Virus record (IMG/VR): IMGVR_UViG_3300031993_000006 | Coordinates: 160,001-224,000 of that record | From: a virus | Taxonomy: Duplodnaviria > Caudoviricetes | Reading direction: 5' to 3' (one strand) | Length of the DNA stretch: 64,000 bases | In this document: positions 38,357 through 46,114 of the stretch, piece by piece | Layout: each line of letters opens with the position of its first letter | How positions within the stretch are numbered: the first letter of the stretch is position 1 | The notes under the pieces: model-generated | The model's database searches: none | Told to the model about the DNA's origin: nothing | The model's input: the letters and a program-made list of their open reading frames with translations, nothing else | Position numbers and translations under genes: made by a program

Positions 38357-38694
38357 TGAAGTTTGCCGATACATGTAGGTTGTTCCTTTTTCTCACTTGA
38401 AAAGTTTACAACCCGTGTCGGCTATCAATTTCCCGGACCTGTACAACTCTGTTAAAATTTTGTTCCGACTGGCTCATACAGGCCCGGGCAACCTCATTAA
38501 GTAGTGCCTTATTGTTAAATACGGTTCGAGTCCGGGCGGTCCTTTCCTCGCCAAAAGTAAGGAAATCTGGACAGCTAGAGGAGGAAATATGGTTGGCGAT
38601 TCCGGGTGCTATGATGTTTTGGACAGTGGCCACATAGGAAGTTCCTTTAATTTCGATTGGATGAATTTTACTTCCCGGCGTTCTGTCCTATCAT

Positions 38695-38770
38695 GTCCCG
38701 GTAGCTCAGTTGGACTCAGAGTGCAGCCCTCCGAAGGCTGAGGTCACAGGTTCGAGCCCTGTTCGGGACA
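38695..38770 (+). tRNA. tRNA-Arg(CCG)
   Basis: CAGCC-CTCCGAA-GGCTG. Confidence 0.93.
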
Positions 38771-38894
38771 CTACGATTGAATTTGATTTGTGCTATCCGG
38801 GTTGCTAGCAGTTAACGAAAATGTTAGCAAAACTTAACTAAATATAACGAAATATTCTATTGAAATACATAGAAAATAACCTATATTTAGAAAT

Positions 38895-39390
38895 GCCTAG
38901 TTTGACATGCCGACCGTGTTAAGGCTCTTCAGCAATGGAGTAGGACTAGGCAAGTTAGTCGTATTGCTTGATGCATATTAGGAATATCGCGTAGATGCGG
39001 CTGATTAAATGCCATTACGGCCTACCCAGCAATGGGCAAGGTAGGAAATCACATAGGTCTATCTCTTGGTAGATTTAAGTAGGTTTCAGTTAATGGTCTT
39101 CAGACTCTCCCAGTTAGCTTCTTAAGGGATGTCCTGTCGCATTACCAATACGCGGCGGTGAGTGGCAGGGCATCCCGCTTGAGTGTCTTCATTGGATAGA
39201 CGGGGACTCCCACTTTATGCACAGTAGGCCAAACGCACCTTCCAGCCAGGGTCACGATGCCCCTCCAGGTCCTGCCGGCGATATTGACGCCACGACTGAG
39301 GTGACGAGGTAACTGCGCAATATGAGGCGCCACGGCGCGGCGGTACCCACTGGCCGCGGGAGAAACAGTTGAGAGGCTGTTGCAGTGGGA
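38895..39390 (+). ncRNA. Ornate structured RNA region of about 500 nt (one large RNA or several)
   Basis: Begins just after the promoter variant at 38881. Helices GCCTAGT/ACTAGGC, a 15-bp helix at 39126-39140/39162-39176, and TCCCACT/AGTGGGA; CAGCAATG hairpins; no credible ORF. Confidence 0.6.
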
Positions 39391-39396
39391 CGGTTT

Positions 39397-39469
39397 TCCG
39401 GAATAGCTCAGTTGGTAGAGCGGCTGCATCGTAAGCAGCGGGTCGCTAGTTCGAGCCTGGCTTCCGGAG
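39397..39469 (+). tRNA. tRNA-Thr(CGT)
   Basis: GCTGC-ATCGTAA-GCAGC; U1-A72, G73. Confidence 0.9.
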
Positions 39470-39812
39470 TAACTGTGGAGATAGAATAGCTTGCGCGGCA
39501 TCGAGATGCCTGAATGTTGTCGCGTGGAGTTTCTTGGGGTGACAGGTATCTAGCCCCATGTTATTTTTTGGAGTTTTTCTCCCCTGCCTTTCGGGCGGAG
39601 GGTTCGCGCGTGGTCATCGAAGTGGTCACGCGAAGGTAAAACGATAACCGGGCGTTAATACCCGGACTATGTTTAAAAAACGCTTGTGTTCCTTTTGTAA
39701 TTTGGCCTTAAAAGGAATGAAAAGACTGGCTATATAGCGTGATGGCTAAAACCGTAATGCGGTGCGATTGATGCTGGTCAAAGAGGCAAGTTATGGCGTT
39801 TCTTGCCTTACC

Positions 39813-39886
39813 CGGGCGGGTAGCTCAGTTGGTAGAGCAGCGGTAGCGAATGCCGCGGGTCGCTGGTTCAAGTCCAAGTCGCTCCA
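39813..39886 (+). pseudogene. Degenerate tRNA or tRNA mimic (loop AGCGAAT, nominal CGA)
   Basis: Perfect D arm and anticodon stem; no U33; mismatched T and acceptor stems; short variable loop. Confidence 0.6.
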
Positions 39887-40255
39887 CTAAAGAATTTGAT
39901 AAAGTTTGCCGTGCAGACGAATGGTTTTCTCGTGGGTTTTCCTACTTCATTGAACGAGATTATCGTGAGTCTGCATTGAGAAAGCCCGTATAGCCATACG
40001 GGAAACCTCAGGGGTATGACAGGCACCCGGGCATACTTGTCTGTTTTACTATGTCTTCCGGGTAATTGTAGTGCAATGACAGTTTTCTCTTTTTGTTTCT
40101 TTTCGCATTACAGATATACGGGGTCCGGCTCCAAAGGTAATCTGGAAGCCGTGAGTACATTACATTATTGTGCATACCCGGGTGGCTCCGGGAGATTCCT
40201 GGGTTGAATTTCTTGGATGGCCGCTAGCAGGTTTTCAAGGGAAACAACCCATTCC

Positions 40256-40331
40256 GGTTCCGTAGCTCAGTTGGATTCAGAGCGTCTCGCTACGAACGAG
40301 GAGGTCCCAGGTTCGAGCCCTGGCGGAACTA
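40256..40331 (+). tRNA. tRNA-Arg(ACG)
   Basis: TCTCG-CTACGAA-CGAGG. Confidence 0.93.
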
Positions 40332-40463
40332 CTATTTTGATTTTTCTGAATCCCGCTAGGTACTTAGGGGGATAGGGCAGGACAGCGTGTCAGAAGCGTT
40401 GATTACCGGGGCGATGCATTGCCAATGGGAATCTAACTGACCCCGCGCGTTTGATTGTTTGAT

Positions 40464-40538
40464 GTTCCGGTAGCTCAACTTGGACAGAGCGTCTCCCTCC
40501 TAAGGAGAAGGTTGCGCGTTCGAGTCGCGCCCGGGATA
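40464..40538 (+). tRNA. tRNA-Arg(CCT)
   Basis: TCTCC-CTCCTAA-GGAGA. Confidence 0.93.
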
Positions 40539-40545
40539 CTAAACT

Positions 40546-40625
40546 CGGGGTGTAGTTCAGCCAGGTTATTATAGAGTGCTTGCTTTGGAAGCAAGATGTC
40601 GTCAGTTCGAATCTGGCTACCCCGA
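40546..40625 (+). tRNA. tRNA-Pro(TGG), A37 variant
   Basis: CTTGC-TTTGGAA-GCAAG; C1-G72; enlarged D loop. Confidence 0.88.
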
Positions 40626-40640
40626 CGAGAAGATTTTTAC

Positions 40641-40732
40641 GGAGGCGTGGACGAGTTGGTCTATGTCGCACCCCTGCTAAGGGTGTAGGGCAGATAAAAC
40701 TGCCCTCGCTAGTTCGAATCTAGCCGCCTCCT
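40641..40732 (+). tRNA. tRNA-Ser(GCT)
   Basis: CACCC-CTGCTAA-GGGTG; long variable arm. Confidence 0.93.
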
Positions 40733-40739
40733 CTAACTT

Positions 40740-40812
40740 TCCGGATTAGCTCAGCTGGTAGAGCACCTGATTTGTAATCAGGGGGTCGGCGGTTCGAGCC
40801 CGTCATCCGGAG
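40740..40812 (+). tRNA. tRNA-Thr(TGT)
   Basis: CCTGA-TTTGTAA-TCAGG; U1-A72, G73. Confidence 0.92.
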
Positions 40813-40909
40813 CGGATTTTGGGAGATTCCCGGCGGTTTCCCGAAGAACTGAGAAAGACTCATGTTATATGTCCTTGTGTGTCACCGGGGTCCCTTTTAG
40901 GTAACAACA

Positions 40910-41065
40910 ATGAAGAAGAAACCATACACTTCACCAAAGATGGAAGTCGTCAATTACGAAGCCGAAACAAGGCTTCTCGCAGGTTCTTCCACTGAAGACG
41001 ATGACCCGTACTGGAAACCGCCTGAGACTCCGGCAGGATGCCAGTCTGCATGGTGGTGCGGGTAA
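40910..41065 (+). CDS. 51-aa peptide with RiPP-leader-like N-terminus (MKKKPYTSPKMEVVNYEAETRLLAGS-STEDDDPYWKPPETPAGCQSAWWCG)
   Basis: Below the ORF-track cutoff and translated by hand; YxxP..LLAGS pattern; AGGT upstream. Confidence 0.75.
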   Translation: MKKKPYTSPKMEVVNYEAETRLLAGSSTEDDDPYWKPPETPAGCQSAWWCG

Positions 41066-41073
41066 GGCTTTAC

Positions 41074-41146
41074 GGCGCTATCGTCTAGTGGCCAAGGACA
41101 AGGCCCTCTCAAGGCTTAAACACCGGTTCAAATCCGGTTGGCGCTA
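41074..41146 (+). tRNA. tRNA-Glu(CTC)
   Basis: AGGCC-CTCTCAA-GGCTT. Confidence 0.93.
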
Positions 41147-41854
41147 TAGTTTAATCGTTCCGTTCGCAACCGAGATTCTCCGGAGAATATCCCGGGGGAC
41201 AACGAGGTTGATATGGAACTGGCCCTTCGTGGTACTTGCCGCGAAATACGGGCCGTAATCATCGAAGTTCCTCAGCAGGGTTCTCCCGTGGAATCTCGTG
41301 GTGCTCCCGTTGCGGACAGTATCCTCTCGTCGGGCGCGGTAGCCGTTATCTGCCCAGCATTCCTTTATTCGTTCGCACCGGTCGTTGATGCTTTCCATCG
41401 TGAGGCCGTATCGAGCGAGTTCGGCGAGAAGCCGGGGTTTTGCAACAAGGGCGTACTTGATTTCCTCTGGGTGCCACTCGGGTTCTGACCGGAAGCGGTC
41501 AATCCAGAGCAGCATATAGGAATCGGTGAGTATGTCCGGGTTGATGAACCATCCGGGCTTTCCCTCGGTATCATCCGGGGAATGCGTGGTGAAGAGTTCG
41601 AAGCTGTATGTCCGGAGGGCGTGGCCTTCACCGGTACAGGAATCGACTCCGTATGATGTCGCAGCCTTTTCGTCACACTGGTATGTTTTATTTTTGAGAT
41701 AGAACGATATGTCGATGCCCAGCTTCTGTGTGCTTGCGTCTTCATTGCGCTTGACTTCGGAGAATCCCCAGGTATCGGTATATAGGTTCGCGTCAAGTAT
41801 AGTACCGAGGTACTGTTCCTGAGCGTGGTCTTTCTTGTAAGAGTGATGGAACAT
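41144..41854 (-). CDS. Putative PD-(D/E)XK (restriction-endonuclease-fold) protein
   Basis: QKLGIDISF..YQCDEKA..SFE pattern; antisense to the tRNA array. Confidence 0.55.
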   Translation of the reverse strand: MFHHSYKKDHAQEQYLGTILDANLYTDTWGFSEVKRNEDASTQKLGIDISFYLKNKTYQCDEKAATSYGVDSCTGEGHALRTYSFELFTTHSPDDTEGKPGWFINPDILTDSYMLLWIDRFRSEPEWHPEEIKYALVAKPRLLAELARYGLTMESINDRCERIKECWADNGYRARREDTVRNGSTTRFHGRTLLRNFDDYGPYFAASTTKGQFHINLVVPRDILRRISVANGTIKL

Positions 41855-41874
41855 ACTTGATGTTTATAGATTTC

Positions 41875-42013
41875 GACCCGGTAGTTTAAATGAGCTATGG
41901 CTAAAGACCAAGTGCTTAGAACACTGGCGGCACGAGGGCGCAATGAAGTTTTGTCGAATAATGGATGTGTCAATCACCGCCGGCAATGCAGGTAATTAGT
42001 CCTGTCCGGTTTT
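41875..42013 (+). ncRNA. Degenerate tRNA-Leu(TAG)-like RNA with a variable region of about 60 nt
   Basis: GACCCGG-TAGTTTAA start; AGTG-CTTAGAA-CACT; T-like arm GCAGG/CCTGT followed by CCGGTTT. Confidence 0.35.
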
Positions 42014-42162
42014 CTTTTGTGCCTAGCTAAGGTACTGCGGAATCGTGGTATATCTGGCGCCCTGGTCAATGCGCAAGGCCCAAAGGTTCCCGATGAAGGT
42101 GGACGGGACAACGGCACTCTTTTGATATAATTTCCTGATTGTTATTGGTTTGAGGTAGGAAT

Positions 42163-42681
42163 ATGTCTGTATTGCATATAATGGTGGGAATACCGTCATC
42201 GGGGAAGAGTACATACGCCAAGAAGCTTGCCGAGGAAACCGGTGCTGTAATCATATCTAGCGACGGAATCCGCGCGGAACTGAGCGGTACCGAAGAGTAT
42301 AACGAAGCCCAGAATTACAAGGTGATTTGCACCATCCGTGGCAGGCTCCGCCATCTCATAAAGGACCACGATGTCATCATAGACGCTACCAATGTCCATG
42401 TTGCCGATTGGAGGGACTACATCGACCGATGCCCGCCCGATATCACCGTTAAGGTGCATTGGTTCGAGATTCCGCCTGAAGTCGCTATGCAGCGTATGGA
42501 GGGGCGTGAGCGCAAGGTCTGCAAGGAAGTTCTCCGGGACAAGTGGAACACGATGACCTCCAACAAGAAATTTCTCGAAAAATACATAAACCCGAAAATA
42601 TCGTGTACATTACGCCCGATATGCACTAGATTACCTCGTAGGATAACTAGAGGTATTGTATATGGCAAAGAAGAAGCGTGA
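42163..42681 (+). CDS. Polynucleotide-kinase-like P-loop kinase (AAA_33 type); C-terminus possibly frameshifted
   Basis: GIPSSGKST, ISSDGIR, VIIDATN. Confidence 0.85.
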   Translation: MSVLHIMVGIPSSGKSTYAKKLAEETGAVIISSDGIRAELSGTEEYNEAQNYKVICTIRGRLRHLIKDHDVIIDATNVHVADWRDYIDRCPPDITVKVHWFEIPPEVAMQRMEGRERKVCKEVLRDKWNTMTSNKKFLEKYINPKISCTLRPICTRLPRRITRGIVYGKEEA

Positions 42682-42841
42682 TTTTGTGCTTGAAACCGAC
42701 GAACAGCGTAAGGAACGCTGGGCCAAGCAGGCCAAGACGGTGAAGACTTTTGCCCGCGTCTGCGGCATCGATGCTAAGAAAATCAAGCGCGAACGCGAAT
42801 GGACTGAGAAGCTAGCCGAAATGGCCCGGAGGGATTACTAG
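42662..42841 (+). CDS. Small basic hypothetical protein
   Basis: GAGG RBS; MAKKKRD... Confidence 0.6.
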   Translation: MAKKKRDFVLETDEQRKERWAKQAKTVKTFARVCGIDAKKIKREREWTEKLAEMARRDY

Positions 42842-42850
42842 GGATTTACC

Positions 42851-42940
42851 GGCGGGTTGCCCGAGTGGTTATAAGGGAGCGGTCCTGAACACCGCCGACG
42901 TGCGTGAGTGCGTCCATCCGTTCGAATCGGATACCCGCTT
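42851..42940 (+). tRNA. tRNA-Ser(TGA), C33 variant
   Basis: GCGGT-CCTGAAC-ACCGC; long variable arm. Confidence 0.85.
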
Positions 42941-43010
42941 TTTCTAAGGCGCCGTGCAGAAATGCGCGGCGCTTTTGCTATATTTGTTAAATATAAATGA
43001 TGAGGAATTT

Positions 43011-44024
43011 ATGAGTAATAAGCCTAGTGTATATATTGGTGGTCCACTGGTTAACCAAGCGGACGAGGAAAAACAAGTACATGTGTCTGTGGAAACCGGG
43101 AGAAGGAATCAGCAGGTACTTCTTGTAAGTGGTATGCATGGCAATGAGCAGAATGCTGTACTTGCTTCGATAGGGGTGGTATCTTCCTGCACTTGGTCTG
43201 ATATCGATGTGTCGTATATAATTGGAGTTAACCGGAATGGGTTATTGCGGTCGGTTCGCGATTTTGCACCGGTTGACAATAAGCCGGTGACCGATATGAA
43301 CCGGGTATTCAATGTACTGACCGATAAGGACTTTCCTTCTCCAGAGGATATGCGGGATGGAATTGTACCGGTGATTTCTAAATCTGATATTGTTGTCGAT
43401 GTACACAATTCTCCAAGCTGTTCCAATATGGTTGTTATCGACAATAACGAGTATGCGGCCAATATCGTCAGGTTCTGCTTGGCTCACGGCATTCAGTACT
43501 ATGTTGCCAACAAGAGCAATCCGGGAACGCTGAAGCAGTACGCGTTCAGAATGAATAAGCTTGGGTTTACCGTGGAACTTAATGGGATGACCATCGGGCC
43601 TCTCCATGGTAAAGTGATTGCTTCCCAGAGAGCGTTCTTGATTAATCTCCTTGCTGCGCTCAATACGACATCGGCCACAGAAATAAAAGGACTTCCGTGC
43701 GAACCCATCCCGTATGAAAAGGCTACCCGTGAAATATACAACTGCGGCGGGTATGGGATTGTTGAGTTTGATGAGCGGGTTTTCGCGGGCGATATGTCCA
43801 GAGAACTGTTCAGGAAGGGCGAAACTTTTGCACATATCATTGATATGGAATCCCACGAATCCCGCGAACTCAAGATGCCTTGCGATGGGTGGGTAATTGA
43901 TATTGATGCTGCCGTCGATTCCAAGACGGATTCTTCCATCTTTGCTGTTCCGGGAAAGGCTATCTGTACTGTTCAGCCGAAAATCAACTATACTGACCTC
44001 CCGGTACATAAGGCGGAAGCTTGA
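43011..44024 (+). CDS. M14-family AstE/AspA-like zinc deacylase
   Basis: GMHGNE, DMNRVF, DVHN, FTVEL. Confidence 0.8.
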   Translation: MSNKPSVYIGGPLVNQADEEKQVHVSVETGRRNQQVLLVSGMHGNEQNAVLASIGVVSSCTWSDIDVSYIIGVNRNGLLRSVRDFAPVDNKPVTDMNRVFNVLTDKDFPSPEDMRDGIVPVISKSDIVVDVHNSPSCSNMVVIDNNEYAANIVRFCLAHGIQYYVANKSNPGTLKQYAFRMNKLGFTVELNGMTIGPLHGKVIASQRAFLINLLAALNTTSATEIKGLPCEPIPYEKATREIYNCGGYGIVEFDERVFAGDMSRELFRKGETFAHIIDMESHESRELKMPCDGWVIDIDAAVDSKTDSSIFAVPGKAICTVQPKINYTDLPVHKAEA

Positions 44025-44872
44025 TGAAGATTCTGATGATATCCGACCTTCATCTCGAAGGCTATACCGTGCTGTCCGACAACCCGAAGACTCTCCGTGA
44101 CGAGTTCGAGCAGATATACGAGAAGATGTTTACCCCGGCTGATGCAGTGTGTATCGCGGGGGACATCGCCGAATACGAGATGCTGCAGGTGAACTTCCTG
44201 AAGTTCATATCCGAAAAGTATTCACAGGTGTACTATGTATTTGGCAACCACGAGCTGGTGGTGAAGCGGATATTCCCGCCCGAGAGGTTCAAGACATCCG
44301 AGCAGCGTATCCACTTTGTCAAGAATGCAATCAGCAACTACCCGAATATCCACATCCTTGATGGCACGGTTAGCCCCGACGGTCTCGTTGGTGGTACTAT
44401 GGGAATGACCGACTTGCGCTACAAGGTGCCGAATCCGGTAAAGGGAAAGAAGCCGTTTAACCCGGCCTCCTATTGGAAGAACGGGTGGCATGATGGGCGT
44501 CACTGGAACTACTTTTCACAGAACATAGCTACTATATTCGACCACGAGATGGAGAAGCTCGCCGCGGTATGCGAGAAGCGTCCGCGGATAGTGATGACAC
44601 ATTTTTGCCCCGACCAGATTGGGGTTGCCGAGCAGTATGCTAATGACCCGGTATCCGCGATGTTCTACTTCAATGCGGCCAAGTATCTTGAGATGCTCGA
44701 CAATGGCACTATATGGTTGTGCGGACATACCCATTCGCAACGGGACACTACTTGGTCGAGTCTCGACCATAGCAAGAAAGTCCGGCTATTGTGCAACCCT
44801 GTGGGCCATCCGGAAGAAAGGAATCTTTTTGCGATATGCCGGAAAGAATCCGTATACCTATTGGATGTGTAG
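44024..44872 (+). CDS. Calcineurin-like metallophosphoesterase
   Basis: SDLH, AGD, GNHE, MTH, GHTH. Confidence 0.9.
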   Translation: MKILMISDLHLEGYTVLSDNPKTLRDEFEQIYEKMFTPADAVCIAGDIAEYEMLQVNFLKFISEKYSQVYYVFGNHELVVKRIFPPERFKTSEQRIHFVKNAISNYPNIHILDGTVSPDGLVGGTMGMTDLRYKVPNPVKGKKPFNPASYWKNGWHDGRHWNYFSQNIATIFDHEMEKLAAVCEKRPRIVMTHFCPDQIGVAEQYANDPVSAMFYFNAAKYLEMLDNGTIWLCGHTHSQRDTTWSSLDHSKKVRLLCNPVGHPEERNLFAICRKESVYLLDV

Positions 44873-44880
44873 GAGGCAAT

Positions 44881-45363
44881 ATGGCGTCTGAAGATGATGA
44901 ATTTGGGTTGAGGGCGTCCCTTGCGAAGACGGAGAAGGAATATGCCGAAAGCGTGGCTCGGCGTGAACAGTGGGTCAAGGAGGCTAAACACCGGTTTGAC
45001 GGTCGTTGGATTCGTAATACGATTAATGGGAACTTATATCAGGTTCTTGAGATAATCAAATGCGAGAACCCGTGGGTCGGTGGACATTTCAAGAATACAC
45101 CATCGGAGTCCAAAACGAATATGCTCTATACGGTAAAGGTTGCTGCCGAGATTGACCCTAACTTTGAGGGGGTTAATCGGTATGATAATTTTGCTGAAGT
45201 CGGGATTTCGATTATGGACGGCAAGTGGGTAGTTGCCACTAAGCGTGAAGTCGCCAAGGCCGCAATGGAACTCTCGGATAAGATTAATGCGAAGATATCG
45301 AAAGAACTGGACACGGTTTCTACACTGATGACGATATACCGGTTGTCCAAGGGACTCACGTAG
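44881..45363 (+). CDS. Hypothetical protein
   Basis: GGAGG RBS; start MASEDD. Confidence 0.7.
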   Translation: MASEDDEFGLRASLAKTEKEYAESVARREQWVKEAKHRFDGRWIRNTINGNLYQVLEIIKCENPWVGGHFKNTPSESKTNMLYTVKVAAEIDPNFEGVNRYDNFAEVGISIMDGKWVVATKREVAKAAMELSDKINAKISKELDTVSTLMTIYRLSKGLT

Positions 45364-45423
45364 TTCTTTCAAAATTGCTATATTTGAAATATCAAAAGGA
45401 GTTTTTATGAAAGGGATACTAAT

Positions 45424-45738
45424 ATGATTTCGGTAAGAGAAGCAGCAGAAAGTATTGCAGATGAATATTTCGGCAGGGGCCGTTCGGCATCATTGAAGGA
45501 TGCCGATGCTATCGCCGATGGAATCAAGGAAGGTCTTAAGAAGCTGGGATGCTCCGATTCGATTGTTGATGACTTTGACGGTCCGCGTCGTAAGCATATC
45601 AGTGATTTGAATGATGCATCCGAACAGCTTATCGAGAAGTACCTTCACTCTGAACCGTCGGTTGGCGAAATCGATATCTTGAAGCAGAGTATCGTTGACG
45701 CGGTTAAAAAGAACGGGTTTACCGGTATGATTTGGTGA
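45424..45738 (+). CDS. Hypothetical protein
   Basis: Follows the promoter at 45376. Confidence 0.7.
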   Translation: MISVREAAESIADEYFGRGRSASLKDADAIADGIKEGLKKLGCSDSIVDDFDGPRRKHISDLNDASEQLIEKYLHSEPSVGEIDILKQSIVDAVKKNGFTGMIW

Positions 45739-45805
45739 GGCTGCCATAACAATTTGCTATCTTTGAATGTGGCCACCGTGGCCACATTTTTTGTGAGAAT
45801 ATATT

Positions 45806-46114
45806 ATGATTGGATTTTTGATACATAACGCGATTGCTATCCGTATACGGCAGAAGCTGTTTGGGTGGAAGGTCGCCCAACGGCATGGGGTGGAGATTTG
45901 GTTCCAGAAGATTCGTGTGTACCCCGGGTATAGGGAATATGACTATGAGCCGATGCTTGAACGGGCTTGGATGATTGCCAGGAAGAATAAGAAGAAGTTC
46001 CCTGGCTTGAAGGTGGCTGTGAAGGTCGAGACATTCTATTCCAGCGGACGACCGGGTATCGGTGTCCGTAAGGTTCACTATACTATAATGCCCTATAAGG
46101 AAGTATTTGGATGA
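45806..46114 (+). CDS. Basic hypothetical protein
   Basis: Follows the promoter at 45755; coupled to the next gene. Confidence 0.6.
   Translation: MIGFLIHNAIAIRIRQKLFGWKVAQRHGVEIWFQKIRVYPGYREYDYEPMLERAWMIARKNKKKFPGLKVAVKVETFYSSGRPGIGVRKVHYTIMPYKEVFG

Noticed and set aside
38435-38542. Another tRNA-like element around GGTTCGAGTCC (38523-38533)
   Set aside because: Only a 3-bp T stem and a 5-bp acceptor; too weak to call.
39536-39558. tmRNA-like 5' end GGGGTGACAGG
   Set aside because: It closes locally as a hairpin, with no matching 3' acceptor or tag ORF identified.
33884-41258. Short ORF calls across the RNA island (for example 33915..34103, 34260..34442, 37787..38089, 39142..39501)
   Set aside because: They overlap tRNAs or structured RNAs and lack coding features.
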